Assembly: GCF_000582535.1 (NCBI RefSeq)
Contig: NZ_CP006932.1
Span: 390,001-422,000, forward strand
Direction of reading: 5' to 3'
Length of the DNA stretch: 32,000 nt
Source: Candidatus Saccharimonadota bacterium
Lineage (GTDB): Bacteria; Bacillota_I; Bacilli_A; Mycoplasmatales; Hepatoplasmataceae
In this document: piece by piece, positions 11,466 to 23,011 of the stretch
Layout: each line of letters begins with the position of its first letter
How positions within the stretch are numbered: position 1 is the stretch's first letter
Translations under genes and position numbers: made by a program
The notes under the pieces: generated by a model
What the model was told of the DNA's origin: nothing
Seen by the model: only the letters and a program-made list of their open reading frames with translations
Databases searched by the model: none

Positions 11466-13265
11466 CTATTTTGTTTTCAAAACATCTATAAAAGCATTTT
11501 TAGGAAGAGTTACTGATCCAATCTGTTTCATTTTTTTCTTTCCTTTTTTTTGCTTTTCTAGTAATTTTTTCTTTCTTGAGACATCTCCTCCATAAAGATA
11601 ACCTGTTACATCTTTACGATAAGCTTTTACAGTCTCTCGCGCAATTACTTTCCCCCCAATTACAGCTTGAATTGCAATTTCAAAATTTTGTCTAGGAACG
11701 ATCTCTTTTAATTTTTCAACCATTACTTTTGCAATTTGATAAGCATTTTTACGATCAACAATTCGAGAAAAAGCATCAACTTGTTCTTTTGCAATTAAGA
11801 AATCTAATTTTACAAGATCACCTTTTTGATATCCGATTTGTTCATAATCAAAAGAAGCATAACCTTTTGAAATTGATTTTACTGCATTAAAAAAATCAAA
11901 AACAATTTCACCAAGTGGAAGATGATAAATTAATGCATTCATCTTTTCACTATAGATTTCAAGATTCTGATAAATCCCTCTTTTACTATGAACATATTCA
12001 ATTAATTTTCCCATATAATTTTCAGGAGAATAAATTGTGACTTTTACATAGGGTTCTTCAATTTGCAAAATATAAGATTTATCAGGAAAATCAACAGGAT
12101 TTTGAATATATTTTATTTTTTTATTTGTAAGTGTAACTTTATAGATTACAGAAGGGATTGTTGCAATTACAGGAATTTTAAATTCTCGTTCAATTCTTTC
12201 TTGGATAATTTCAAGATGTAATAATCCAAGAAAACCAACTCTAAATCCAAATCCTAATGCTTTTGAATTTTCTTTTTCATAGCTAAGAGAAGAATCGGAA
12301 AGAGAAATTTTATCTAGTGCTTCTTCCAATCCTTGATATTTTTCTGTATCAAGTGGATAAAATCCGGAAAAAACCATTGGCTTTGATGGTCTATAACCAG
12401 GAAGTGCTTTTATTTTATCTTTATTTTCTCTTGTAGTAAGAGTATCTCCGATTGATATTTTTTTAATATCTTTAATATTTGTAATAATTCAACCGGTTTC
12501 TCCAGCATTTAGCTTTTCTTTAACTTTTTCTTTTGGAGTATTAACACCAACACTTATTACATCAAGATCTGTTTTTGATTGAATAAAAGTTAATTTTTGA
12601 TTTTTTGTAATAAATCCTTGAAAGATCTTTACAAATAAAATAACACCTTGATAACTATCAAAATAAGCATCAAATACTAATCCTTTTAATGGTAGATTAT
12701 CATCTGCATTTAATGGAGGTGGAATATCATTTATTATTTTTATTAATACTTCTTCGATATTCTTTCCTGTTTTTGCAGAAATAAGTGGAGCATCAGAAGC
12801 ATCAATTCCTAGAATTTCTTTTATCTCTTGTTTTGTTTTTAAAATATTGGCATTTTCACTATCAATTTTATTAATTACAGGAATAATTTTTAAATCATTT
12901 TCGATTGCAAGATAAAGATTAGCAATTGTTTGGGGCTGGACACCTTGTGTTGCATCAACTAAAAGAATTGCTCCTTCTGAAGCTGCAAGTGAACGAGAAA
13001 CTTCATATGTAAAATCAACATGACCAGGAGTATCAATTAAATTTAATTGATAAATCTGGTTTTGATATTGATACTCAATTTGTACAGCATTTAATTTAAT
13101 TGTAATTCCACGTTCTCTTTCAAGATCCATTGTATCTAACATTTGATTATGAATTTCTCTTTTTGTAACAGAATGAGTAAACTCTAAAATACGATCAGCA
13201 AGAGTTGATTTTCCATGATCGATATGTGCAATAATTGCAAAATTACGGATGTTTTCTTTTTTCAT
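11466..13265 (-). CDS. lepA: Elongation factor 4 (LepA)
   Basis: Fragments 12489-13265 and 11466-12377 are in frame via TGA at 12489-12491, giving 599 aa. G-domain motifs are [24 protein letters not shown] and NKID. The C-terminus is LepA-typical ([18 protein letters not shown]). Confidence 0.95.
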
Positions 13266-13299
13266 AAAAAATAATAAATATTTAATTTATTATAAATTA

Positions 13300-14094
13300 T
13301 TAATTATATTCTTTTATTTTTTTTTCAATGATTTGATCGCAATAAATTTTGTAAATTTCAAAATTTTTTGCAAAATAAGGATCAAGATTTTTTCAATTGA
13401 ATCAAATTGTAGGAAATGGATTTTTTCCTTGTTTTAAATTGTTTTCAATTGTTTTAAATTGTCTACTATATTCATTTTTAAGAATATTTTCAATAGTATC
13501 AATTTTCTCCTGATAAATGTTTAAATTGTTTGCTTCATTTCTTTTCAAACTTTTTTTTACTTTTTCGATTAATTTCTGATTAGAAAAAAGCTCATTTACA
13601 GATAATTTTTTATCTTTTACTTTATCTGGATTTGTTTTTAAATATTGATCAAATAAAATTTTATTATATTGATATTTTGCTTCTGTAAGTGAACGAATAT
13701 ATTTAAATTGTTTTGCATGTGGACCATTAAATCCTTCTCATTCACTATTGTATTTTTCAATATAATCAATTTCTAATGCTTCGATTTCTTCAATTTTAAA
13801 AAATTCTTTTTCCTCTAAGATTTCTAATTTTAAATCACTTATTTTTAAATTATTATCAATCATAAAAAGTGCAATTTTATAGTATGAAGCTCCTTTTGCT
13901 GGAACTGTATATGATTGCAAAGATCTTAATAATAAATTGTCTTTATTTTTAAGCATCTTTCTTATCATCATTTTATGTGCACTAAAACGACTATTGATAT
14001 TTTTCGAAGCACCTATGTAACTTCATTCTTTGTTATTTTCATCTTTTAAGTAAATTCGATATATCCCTGATATTTTTTTTACATTATTATTCAT
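13300..14094 (-). CDS. Free-standing GIY-YIG nuclease-domain protein (homing-endonuclease-like), 264 aa
   Basis: Fragment 13738-13971 extends both ways through 4 TGA codons, and I hand-translated the whole 13300-13740 stretch. The N-terminus is MNNNVKKISGIYRIYLKDENNKEWSYIGASKNINSRFSAHK (GIY ... YIG ... R ... H), followed by ALEIDYIEKYNSEWEGFNG (the E and N of the GIY-YIG core). The roughly 150-aa C-terminal region is unrecognised. Confidence 0.65.
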
Positions 14095-14217
14095 TAATGT
14101 TTTTTCATCCCAATTTTAATTTTTTATTAATTTCTTCTCTTATTATTAATTTGAAATTAATAATCCCTCTTAAATTAATTTTATAATTAAAATTGATAAA
14201 AATGAAATATTTTAATT

Positions 14218-15738
14218 TTAACCAAATTTTCCTTTTAGATAATTTTTAGTTTCTTGTTCTTTTGGATTATTAAATAATTCTTCTGTCCGTGCAAACTCAA
14301 TAAGTCTTCCTTGGTAAAAAAATGCTGTATAATCAGAAACTCTTTGTGCTTGTTGCATTGAATGAGTTACGATTATAATTGTATAATTCTTTTTTAACTC
14401 TAAAATTAAATTCTCGATTGCAGCACTTGATTTTGGATCTAGTGCTGAAGTAGGTTCATCCATAAGTAAAACTTCTGGTTGTTGAATAATCGCTCTTGCA
14501 ATACATAATCTTTGTTGTTGTCCTCCCGAAAGAGAAGTTGCAATTGCTTTTAAATTTGATTTAACTTCATCTCAAAGATTTGCTTTTTTTAATGCTTTTT
14601 TTACCAATTTTTCTGTAAGTGCGCGATCTTTAAATCCAGAAATTTTAAGAGAAAAAGCAACATTTTTACGAATTGACATCGGAAAAGGATTTGGTTGTTG
14701 AAAAATCATTCCAATCTTTGTTCTAAGATCAGTAAGATCAATTTTTTTATAATGATTATAAATTGATCTTAATTTATAAATATCATATTCATCATCGAAA
14801 ATAATTTTTCCATGCATTCTAAATTTTGGAATATTATCATTTATTCTATTAAGAGTTCTTAAAAAAGTTGACTTTCCACAACCAGAAGGACCAATAATTG
14901 CAATTATTTTGTTTTTGGGAATTTTAATATCAACATCATACAATGCATGTTTTTGATCATATCAAACATTTAGATTTTTAACATCAAATGAATATTTATC
15001 ATCTACTTTTTTATCAATACTTGTATTTAAAGTATTATCAATTCTTTGATTTAATTTTTGATAAAATTTATTTTCATTTTTTATTTTATTTTTAAAATCT
15101 TGATAATTTTTTAATTTATCTTGTAATTTTCTAATTTTATTTTTATAATTGCTTGTAAATTTTTTACTTTTATGAAGATTTAATTTTTGCTTTTTTGCTT
15201 TACGAATATCTTCTTTTATGTAATATTTTTTAATTTGATTATTTTTTGGTATTGCTTTTAAATCTTCTTTTAATTTTTTAATTTTCTCATTTTCGATAGC
15301 AACTGAATCTTTATAATCATTTACCAATTTTTCCAAATCATTTAAAAAATTTAATTTATCTTTTAATTTATAAATTTCCTCACTAATAAAAGCAATTTCT
15401 CGTTTATTTTTAATAATTACATTTTCATTTTTATTAAAAATCTTAAATAATTCTTTTTGCTTATTATTTAAATTTGTAAATTTTGCTTGATTTTTTGCCT
15501 TTTTTTGTTCTAGTTTCTTGATTTTTTTTTCAAAATTAATAATTTCTTGATCATTTAATAAATCTTTTTTAAGACTACTATTATGACCCTCTTTTAATTT
15601 TTTTAGATCATTATTTAAATTATGAAGTATATCTATTATTGATTGATAATTAATTTCTTTTTTGATATCATCAATCTCTTTAATTTTTCCTAAAACTTGT
15701 TCTTGATAATTTTTTAAATTATTTTTGTTCTGATTCAT
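14218..15738 (-). CDS. pstB: Phosphate ABC transporter ATP-binding protein PstB with a roughly 258-aa Lys/Asn-rich coiled-coil N-terminal extension
   Basis: Fragments 14962-15738, 14572-14943 and 14218-14463 are all in one frame, joined by TGA at 14962-14964 and 14572-14574. The PstB core begins ...[24 protein letters not shown]. It has Walker [10 protein letters not shown], signature LSGGQQQR and Walker [12 protein letters not shown]. The ATG at 15738 has GGAG 7 nt upstream (rc 15746-15749). Confidence 0.85.
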
Positions 15739-15741
15739 AAG

Positions 15742-17919
15742 CTACTCCATTAAAATCCTTATATTAAGAAAATGGTATTTTTTATTTAAGTAAATAAGAA
15801 GAGGATAAATAAGCATTCCAAATACAATGATTCCTAAACTAATAAAAAACACTATTTTCCAAGCAAAATAAACTGAAGCAAAGAAAAGAATAAAACCAGC
15901 AAAAATAATTGTAACTTCTTTAAATTTCTTCTCACGAACAAGCCCTGCAGAAATTGAAAGAATAATAATTAAAAAAACTATTAATAATCCAATTGCTTTT
16001 ACTTGATCTCAAGGGACAATTCCACCTCTTGACATTGCATACATTTCAAGTGCTAAAGTAGGTCCACCTTGATTAATTCAATCACCGACATCATTTCCAT
16101 CAAAAGCTGTACCATAAAGAATAAAAAAGATTGCAGAATCAGCAAGAACAATTCCGGTTGCAACAACAGCAGAAGAGATAATTTGCGGATAAACTTGTTT
16201 TAATAAAACTTTTGTTGATGTTTTATATTTTGTTGCTCCAAGGGCATAAGATCCTTCTTTTTGTCCTTTATCAACATCATTTAAAGCTTGCTCTGTTGTT
16301 TTTACGATTGTTGGTAATAAAACAATTGCCATTATAAAAACTCCTGAAAGAGAAACAACATTTAAACTTTCAAGGCGCATCAATTGTAAAAACAAAATAC
16401 TTGCAATTATTCCATATACAATTGAAGGAATACTTGTTAATAATTGAATAGATAATGAAAATATTTTTGCTCGTTTACTTGTTTTTTGTAAATAAATTGA
16501 AAAATAGATTGCAATTAAAACACCAAAAGGAATCGCAATTAAAAGTGAAAATACAATTGTAAAAAGTGTTCCTATTAATGGGATAGCTAATCCATCAACC
16601 GTAAAGGTCGTTCCTGTATCATTAACAAAAGTGTATTTTCCTTTAGTTGTAAGATATTCTCAATTTAAAGCACTAATTCCTCCAATCATTAAAAAGATAA
16701 TAATTGCTCCTAATAAAATAAATCCAACCGAAGCAAATAATCCAAGCATTATATTGTTTTTTGTTTCTTTTGTTTTTTTGTAATTACGAATTTTCTTTAT
16801 TACAAGAGCATCACTAAAATTTATTCCTTTTGTAACAGAATAATTCTCATTGCTTACCTTTTTCTTTTCATATTTTTTAATCAGTTGTCCCTCGAGGTAT
16901 TTTCTTTGATCTTTGAGGGAGAGATTATCAATTCCATATTTTTGAATATTACTATTCAATTGATTTTCTTTACTAATTTTTTTAATATTTCTTTTTTCAA
17001 TACTTTCAATTGAATAATAACTTTCAAAAACTTTAAGAATAATGAAAACAAGAATAACAACGATAAAAAGCAAAGTACACATTGCAAGAGAAGAAGCTCT
17101 TTCAATTGTTCCGGGCCCACCTTCTCCTCACTGTGACATCATTGTCGCTGTAATTAAACGAATATTCCCTAAAAGATTAAAAGTTGGTCCAACATTTGTT
17201 TGGCTAGCAACCATTGATACAGCAGTTGCCTCTCCTAGTGCTCTTGCAATTCCTAATAAAATTCCAACAATAATTCCACCTTTTGCTGCGCGCAAAGTTA
17301 CATAAAGAGAAGTTTGTGTTTTTGTTGCTCCTAAGGCATAAGCTGATTCTTCTAATTTGCGATCAGTTGAATTAATTGCTGTAATTGAAAGAAGTGTAAT
17401 TGTTGGCATTATCATAAATGCAAGTGTAAAAATTACAGCAAGCATTGTTCCTGCTTGAACATTAAAAATTGCTGTAATCACATCATTTATAATAATTGCT
17501 CCAAATGCTCCATAAACAACCGAAGGAATTGCAGCTAATATTGCAATAATTGCAAACATAAAATTAGAAAATTTTTTGGGTAGTACTTTTGCAATAAAAA
17601 CAGCAGTAAATACCGAAACAGGAACAGCAATTAAAATTGCAAAAAAGGAAACAAGCAAAGTATTTACAATCATAAATCCTGCTGCAAAAAGTTCAGAAGC
17701 AGGATTATATTCATTTCCAAAAAGAAAATAACTAAAACTCATTTCTGGATGAGAAACAAAACCATTAATACTTGCTGCAATTAAAAAAACTAAAGCAAAA
17801 ATAATAAAGAAAGCTGTAAAAAGAAATAAGATCAACAAAAATGATCGATAAAAACTATCTTTTTTACGATTTTTCTTTGCTGTTTTTTTCTGTGTATAAA
17901 TTATGCTTTTATCCATCAT
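15742..17919 (-). CDS. pstA: Fused phosphate ABC transporter permease (PstC-like half + PstA-like half), 725 aa
   Basis: Fragments 17128-17919, 16660-17082 and 16078-16395 plus the tail are in one frame, with TGA at 17128, 16660 and 16078; the 16395-16660 gap was hand translated. Each half carries a permease EAA-type loop (EESAYALGATKTQTS and KEGSYALGATKYKTS). A Lys-rich soluble linker separates the halves. The stop is TAG at 15744-15742, 3 nt before the pstB ATG. Confidence 0.85.
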
Positions 17920-17931
17920 AAACCTCTTTTA

Positions 17932-19428
17932 TTAAATTTCTTCTGCAGTAAGCAAAGGAATTTCTTCACTATTTGATAAATATAATCATTCTCATGATCT
18001 TCCATCGAATGAATAAATATATTTTAAAGCAGATGCACTAATTCCTGTTGGGCGATAATTAATACCATCTACTGTAAATGATGTATCTTTTCCAGTATAA
18101 ACTAAAATTGGATCAGTAGCAAAAGTATAGTAAAGAGGTTCAACAGTACTATCATTTGTTTCAACATCAGGAAGATAATATAAACCAATTGGATCAATAT
18201 CATCCTCAGTTACTTGATCATAACCTCAAGTTAAAGTTTGTCCATTGCTATTTTTTTCTTCTCTTGTAATATCACTAATTCCATATCCACGAGATTGTGT
18301 TCCTAAAAAAGAATTAGGATTTGCGTTATTACTTACAAGAGCAAAAGCTTGTCCAGAACCATGATTATTAAGTGTAAGATTTAATTCAAATGTTCATTCT
18401 GGATCATTATAATAATCTTGCAATCAAGTTGAAAAATAATAATTAAATCCATTATACTCAGCATTACCATTTGTTAATGCATCCAAAGTTGGTTGATCTG
18501 TTCCTGTTCCTTCAATTGTTAAAATTAAATTTACTTCTTTTCCATTACTATTATTATTTACAAAATTATCAATTGTTCAATTAGGATTAACAGATTCTAA
18601 ATTATTAGCAAAATTTAAAAGATAAACTTCAAATTCTTCTGATGATAATAAAAAAGGATTATCATAAGGCTGATAATATTTTGCAATACTATTTATAATT
18701 AATTGAGCATCTTCTGAAAAAGTAATTCAATTAAAGAAAATAAAAGAAAAAACAAAATATTTAAGATATCCCGGACTAATTACATAATTATCAAAATAAG
18801 CTTCCTGTTCTTCTGTAAGTGTTCTTGATGGTGATCCTTGAATTCAATTTGTTCCTCAAATTGTATTATCTATATCAATTCCTGTAGTATTACTAAACAT
18901 AATATTATTATTAAGAATTGGAGCTACTGAAGCCGGAACACGAAAGAAAATATTTAAAGTAGAAAACATTGGATAATAATCGGAATTATAATCAACATAA
19001 CCAGGAGTATTATTCCCATCACTATCTAATACATAAAGATCTAAAGGTGTTAATTCTCCACTTGGATTTGTTTCTGGATCATAAATTTCAAAAGAGCTAA
19101 CACTTTTCCCTAAGTAACCAACAGAATTTTTTGATTGTTCTACTCCATTTAACATCTGTTCTTCATTTTGTGCTCATACTAAATCTTCATTTCAATGATT
19201 GTAATCTTTCGGAACTCCGATGTAATCGTCAAATTTTTCTCCTGTTCCCGTAATATTTGCATCAAATCCATATACATAAATTGCTTCGGCTTTTCCTAAT
19301 CCTGCTAGTACAATTGGTAAAAATATTAATAATAAAATTGCCACCGTAAGAACAACTGTAATAAATATATGTCCTCAACTTGAGGAAAAAAAATATTTTA
19401 TTTTTAAGCTAATTTCTTTAAATTTCAT
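17932..19428 (-). CDS. Membrane-anchored Trp-rich extracellular protein, putative diverged phosphate-binding protein (PstS-like by position), paralog 1
   Basis: This is a 498-codon frame containing fragment 18856-19155, with about a dozen TGA-encoded Trp. The N-terminal hydrophobic anchor is HIFITVVLTVAILLLIFLPIVLAGLG, with no lipobox Cys. It lies immediately upstream of the pst permease gene. Loose PBP-like segments are ITGTGEKF, MLNGVEQSKNSVGYLGKS and LGTQSRGYG. The function is inferred from context only. Confidence 0.45.
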
Positions 19429-19440
19429 AATTTTTCTCTG

Positions 19441-20403
19441 CTAATTTATACCTAATATCTCTAATTCTTTTATCAATTCTTTTAATTCTTTTTTTGTTTT
19501 AATTCTTACTCCTGCTGCTAATTTATGTCCACCTCCACCAAATTTTTCTGCTATTTTATTAATTGTAATTTCTTTTGATCTAAGCGAAACACGAAATATT
19601 TTTTCTTTTTGATCAAAAATTGCATATAATGCAATTTTAATATTTTTACTAATCATAAGAGTTGAAACAAAATGTGTTATCTCTTCAAATTGCAATTTGA
19701 ATTTTTTCTCAATTCCTTTTTTTGCAACAAAAAAAGCAAAAGAATCTTTTTTCTTATAATGATTAATTACATAAGCTTGATATTTTAATTCTTTTTCTGT
19801 ATATGTATTTAATAATTTATAAATATTTTTTGCTTCAAAACCTTTTATACTATAAATTAAAGATAAAACTCTAAAAGTATCTTTATTTACAGAAGGAAAA
19901 GAAAAACGACCAGTATCTGTTACTATTCCTAAAAAAAGATAATTTACAGTTTTAGTCGTAATTTTAAAATTATTTTTAATACTAAGATAATTTATAAGAT
20001 CGAAAATTATCTCGGAACAAGATGATCTCTCTGCATTTACATATTTTAAACTTGCATTATAATCATCAATTTTAGGGTGATGATCAATTTTAATTATTTC
20101 TTTTCCTAATTTATAATTATTATTTGCAATTCTTTCCTTATTTGCAGTATCAACTATAATTATTAAAGAATCATTAAAATCATCTTCTGTTGGATTATTA
20201 TTTTTAACAAAAAAATCTGATAATCATCTAATATCATCAGCATGTCCAATCATAATTTTCTTATCTTTAAAATTAGTTTGCAAGAAATTAAAAAGACCAT
20301 ATTGACTACCTAAAGCATCTCCATCTGGATTTTGATGTCTTAAAATAATAATTTTTTGATATCTTTTAATTTTATTCAGGAAATTATCAGCAAATTTTTC
20401 CAC
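19441..20403 (-). CDS. nrnA: DHH/DHHA1 phosphoesterase, NrnA-type nanoRNase/pAp phosphatase
   Basis: Fragment 19441-19695 extends upstream to an in-frame GTG at 20403-20401. A TAG lies 2 codons further up and no in-frame ATG is near. Motifs: RHQNPDGDALGS, IIIVDTAN, KIDHHP, GIVTDTGRF, GGGGHKLAAG. Confidence 0.85.
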
Positions 20404-20469
20404 AATTTTCTAATTAATTTTTCAAATTTATTATAAATAATAATAAATTTTTTTGCTCTTTTTTTTAAA

Positions 20470-21981
20470 TTAATTCTCTTCTACTTCTATTAATGAGCCT
20501 TGAATTAAATTTTCATTCATTGCATAAAGTCATTCTCATGATCTTCCATCAAATGAATAAATATATTTTAATCCCTCTGAACTAATCCCTTTTGGATGAT
20601 AAGTATTACCATCAACTTTAAATGATGTATTTTTTTCTGTTAATACTAAAACAGGATCAGTAGCAAGCGTATAGTATAAAGGTTGTGTAAAATCAGTAGT
20701 TGTTTGAGTATCAGGAAGATAATAAAAACCATTAGGATCTAAATCATCTTCGGTAATTTGATCATATCCTCAAGTAACATTTTCTCCTGTATTTGCTCTC
20801 TCTTCTCTTGTAATATCATCAATATCATATCCACGAGATTGAGTTCCTAAAAATGCATTTGCACTTGCTCCATTATCTTTAATTGCAAATGCTTGTCCTG
20901 AATCATGATTATTTAAAGTAAGTGTTAATTCAAATGTTCATTCTGGATCATCATAATAATCTTGTAATCAACTTGAAAGATAAAAACTAAATCCATCATA
21001 ATTTTCATTTCCAATACTTAAGGCATTTAATGTAGGTTGAACTGTTCCCGATCCTTCTAATGTTAAAATTAAATTTACATCTTTTCCATCACTATTATTA
21101 TTTACAAAATTATCTATTGTTCAATTAGAATTAATAGATTCTAAATTGATAGTAAAATTTAAAAGATATTCTTCAAATTCTTGTTCTGATAATAAATAAA
21201 GATCATCATATGGTTGATAGTGTTTGGAAATACTATCAATTATAACTTGTGCATCTTCTGAAAAGGCAATTCAATTAAAAAAAATAAAAGAGAAAACAAA
21301 ATATTTAAGATATCCGGGGTTAATCACATAATTAGTAAAATATTCTTGTTGTTCTTCTGTAAGTGTTCTTGATGGGGATCCTATTATTCAATTGGTTCCT
21401 CAAATTGTATTATCTATATCAATTCCTGTAGTATTGCTAAACATAATATTATTATTAATAATTGGAGCAACAGAAGCAGGAACACGAAATCAGATGTTTA
21501 AGGAAGCAAGCATTGGATAAGCATCGGAATCATAAGAAACATAACCAGGAGTTAAAGTATCATCTTCAAGATTTGTATCATTTGTATAGAGTTCTAATGC
21601 TTTTAAATTTCCTGAAGGATTTAAAATTGGATCATAGACATCAAAAAAACTAACACTTTTCCCTAAATAACCAATAGAATCTTTTGATTGCTCAATTCCA
21701 TTCAACATTTGTTCTTGATTTTGTGCTCAAACAATATCATCATTTCAATATTTATAGTCTTTATCAACACCTATATAATTATCAAAATTAGTTCCTGTTC
21801 CTGTAAAATTAGCATCAAATCCGAAAACATAAATTGCTTTTGCTTTTCCTTCTCCCAAAAAAGCAATCGGAAGAATAATTGAAAGAAAAATTGCTGCAAT
21901 TAAAAAAAAGGAAATAAAAATTTTCCCTCAATTAGAGGAAAAAAAATATTTAATTCTAAAAGTAAGATCTCTTAATTTCAT
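20470..21981 (-). CDS. Membrane-anchored Trp-rich extracellular protein, PstS-like paralog 2
   Basis: This is a 503-codon frame containing fragment 21490-21708. By eye it is roughly two-thirds to three-quarters identical in protein to 17932-19428, with long identical runs (for example RVPASVAPI.NNNIMFSNTTGIDIDNTIWGTNWI and YIYSFDGRSWEWLY). The N-terminal anchor architecture is the same. Confidence 0.45.
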
Positions 21982-22064
21982 ATATTATCTTTATTAGTAA
22001 AATTATTATTTAAGATAAATAATTTTTTCAAATTTAATTATAAATAATATTTAAAAAAATAAAA

Positions 22065-23000
22065 TTAATTTTTAAATAATGAATTTCCATTTAAAATTTC
22101 TTTTGCACTTTGGATTTTTTTACCCGGAATTATGATTCTTTTAAAAATAATTTCTCCATCTATTGTTTGGAAAAAAATTCCTTCTTTATTTATTTTTAAA
22201 AATGTTCCTGGGGCTTTTTTAATTTGTTTTTTTTTAAGTAATTGATAATTTGCTTCCAATACAAAAATTTCTTGATTTTTAAAAATTAATTTTGCTTTTG
22301 GTTTAGGATTAAGAGCACGAATTTTATTATAAATGTCAATTGATTTTAAATTAAAATCAATTATTTGTTCTTCAGGCAAGATTTTTTTTCAAAATGAAAC
22401 TTTATTTTTATCTTGTTTTATTCTAATTAATTTATCATCTACAAATTTATTTAAAACATCAATTATATTATTTGTAATTAAAAGATATATTTTATCCTCG
22501 AGTGTTTTATATGTATCAAAAATTGTAATTGGTAATTTCTTTTGATAAAAATAATCACCAGCATCCATTTCTTCGATCATTTCCATTAATGTAAATCCTG
22601 TTTCTTTTTCTCCTTCAAGAATCGCTCTTTGAATAGGATTTGCTCCTCTTCCTTTTGGAAGTAATGATGTATGAATATTAAGAGAATCTTTTTTTGCTAA
22701 TTTTAAAATTTGTTTAGAAAGAATTTGACCAAATGAACAAGTTATAAGTAAATCAAAATTTAAATCTTTAATTTTATTAATATCTTTATTAATGCTTTCT
22801 GTTTTAATTACATTTAAATTATGCTCTTTTGCAAAAAGAGCAACAGGAGAAGGAATAAGTTCAGAGTGGCTTCTTCCTACTTTTTGATCCTTAGTAGTAA
22901 CAACACCAATAATTTCGAATTGTTTTGCATCAATTAATGGTTTTAATACAGATAGAGAAATATCAGAATTCCCTAAAAATAATATTTTTATATTATTCAT
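22065..23000 (-). CDS. fmt: Methionyl-tRNA formyltransferase
   Basis: Fragments 22389-23000 and 22065-22379 are in frame via TGA at 22389-22391, giving 311 aa. The formyltransferase motif is NIHTSLLPKGRGANPIQRAILEG, and a C-terminal Fmt domain is present. Confidence 0.92.
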
Positions 23001-23011
23001 TTTGTTATCCT

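Noticed and set aside
14142-14164. Perfect 10-bp inverted repeat (attattaatt tga aattaataat) between pstB and the GIY-YIG gene; possible terminator or operator
   Set aside because: The stem is entirely A/T, with no following U-tract on the minus strand. Palindromes of this kind arise easily in such AT-rich DNA. It is mentioned but not called as a feature.
14962-15738. A 258-aa K/N-rich ORF as an independent coiled-coil protein gene upstream of pstB
   Set aside because: It is in frame with PstB and separated only by TGA, which lies within the conserved PstB N-terminal strand. No SD or ATG exists for a separate pstB start. It is therefore interpreted as an N-terminal extension (see findings), although internal initiation cannot be excluded from sequence alone.
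19441-20403. nrnA as cargo of a mobile element bounded by the two paralogous genes
   Set aside because: There is no transposase, integrase, terminal inverted repeat or target-site duplication. The flanking repeats are full-length diverged protein-coding paralogs, which is more simply explained by gene duplication.
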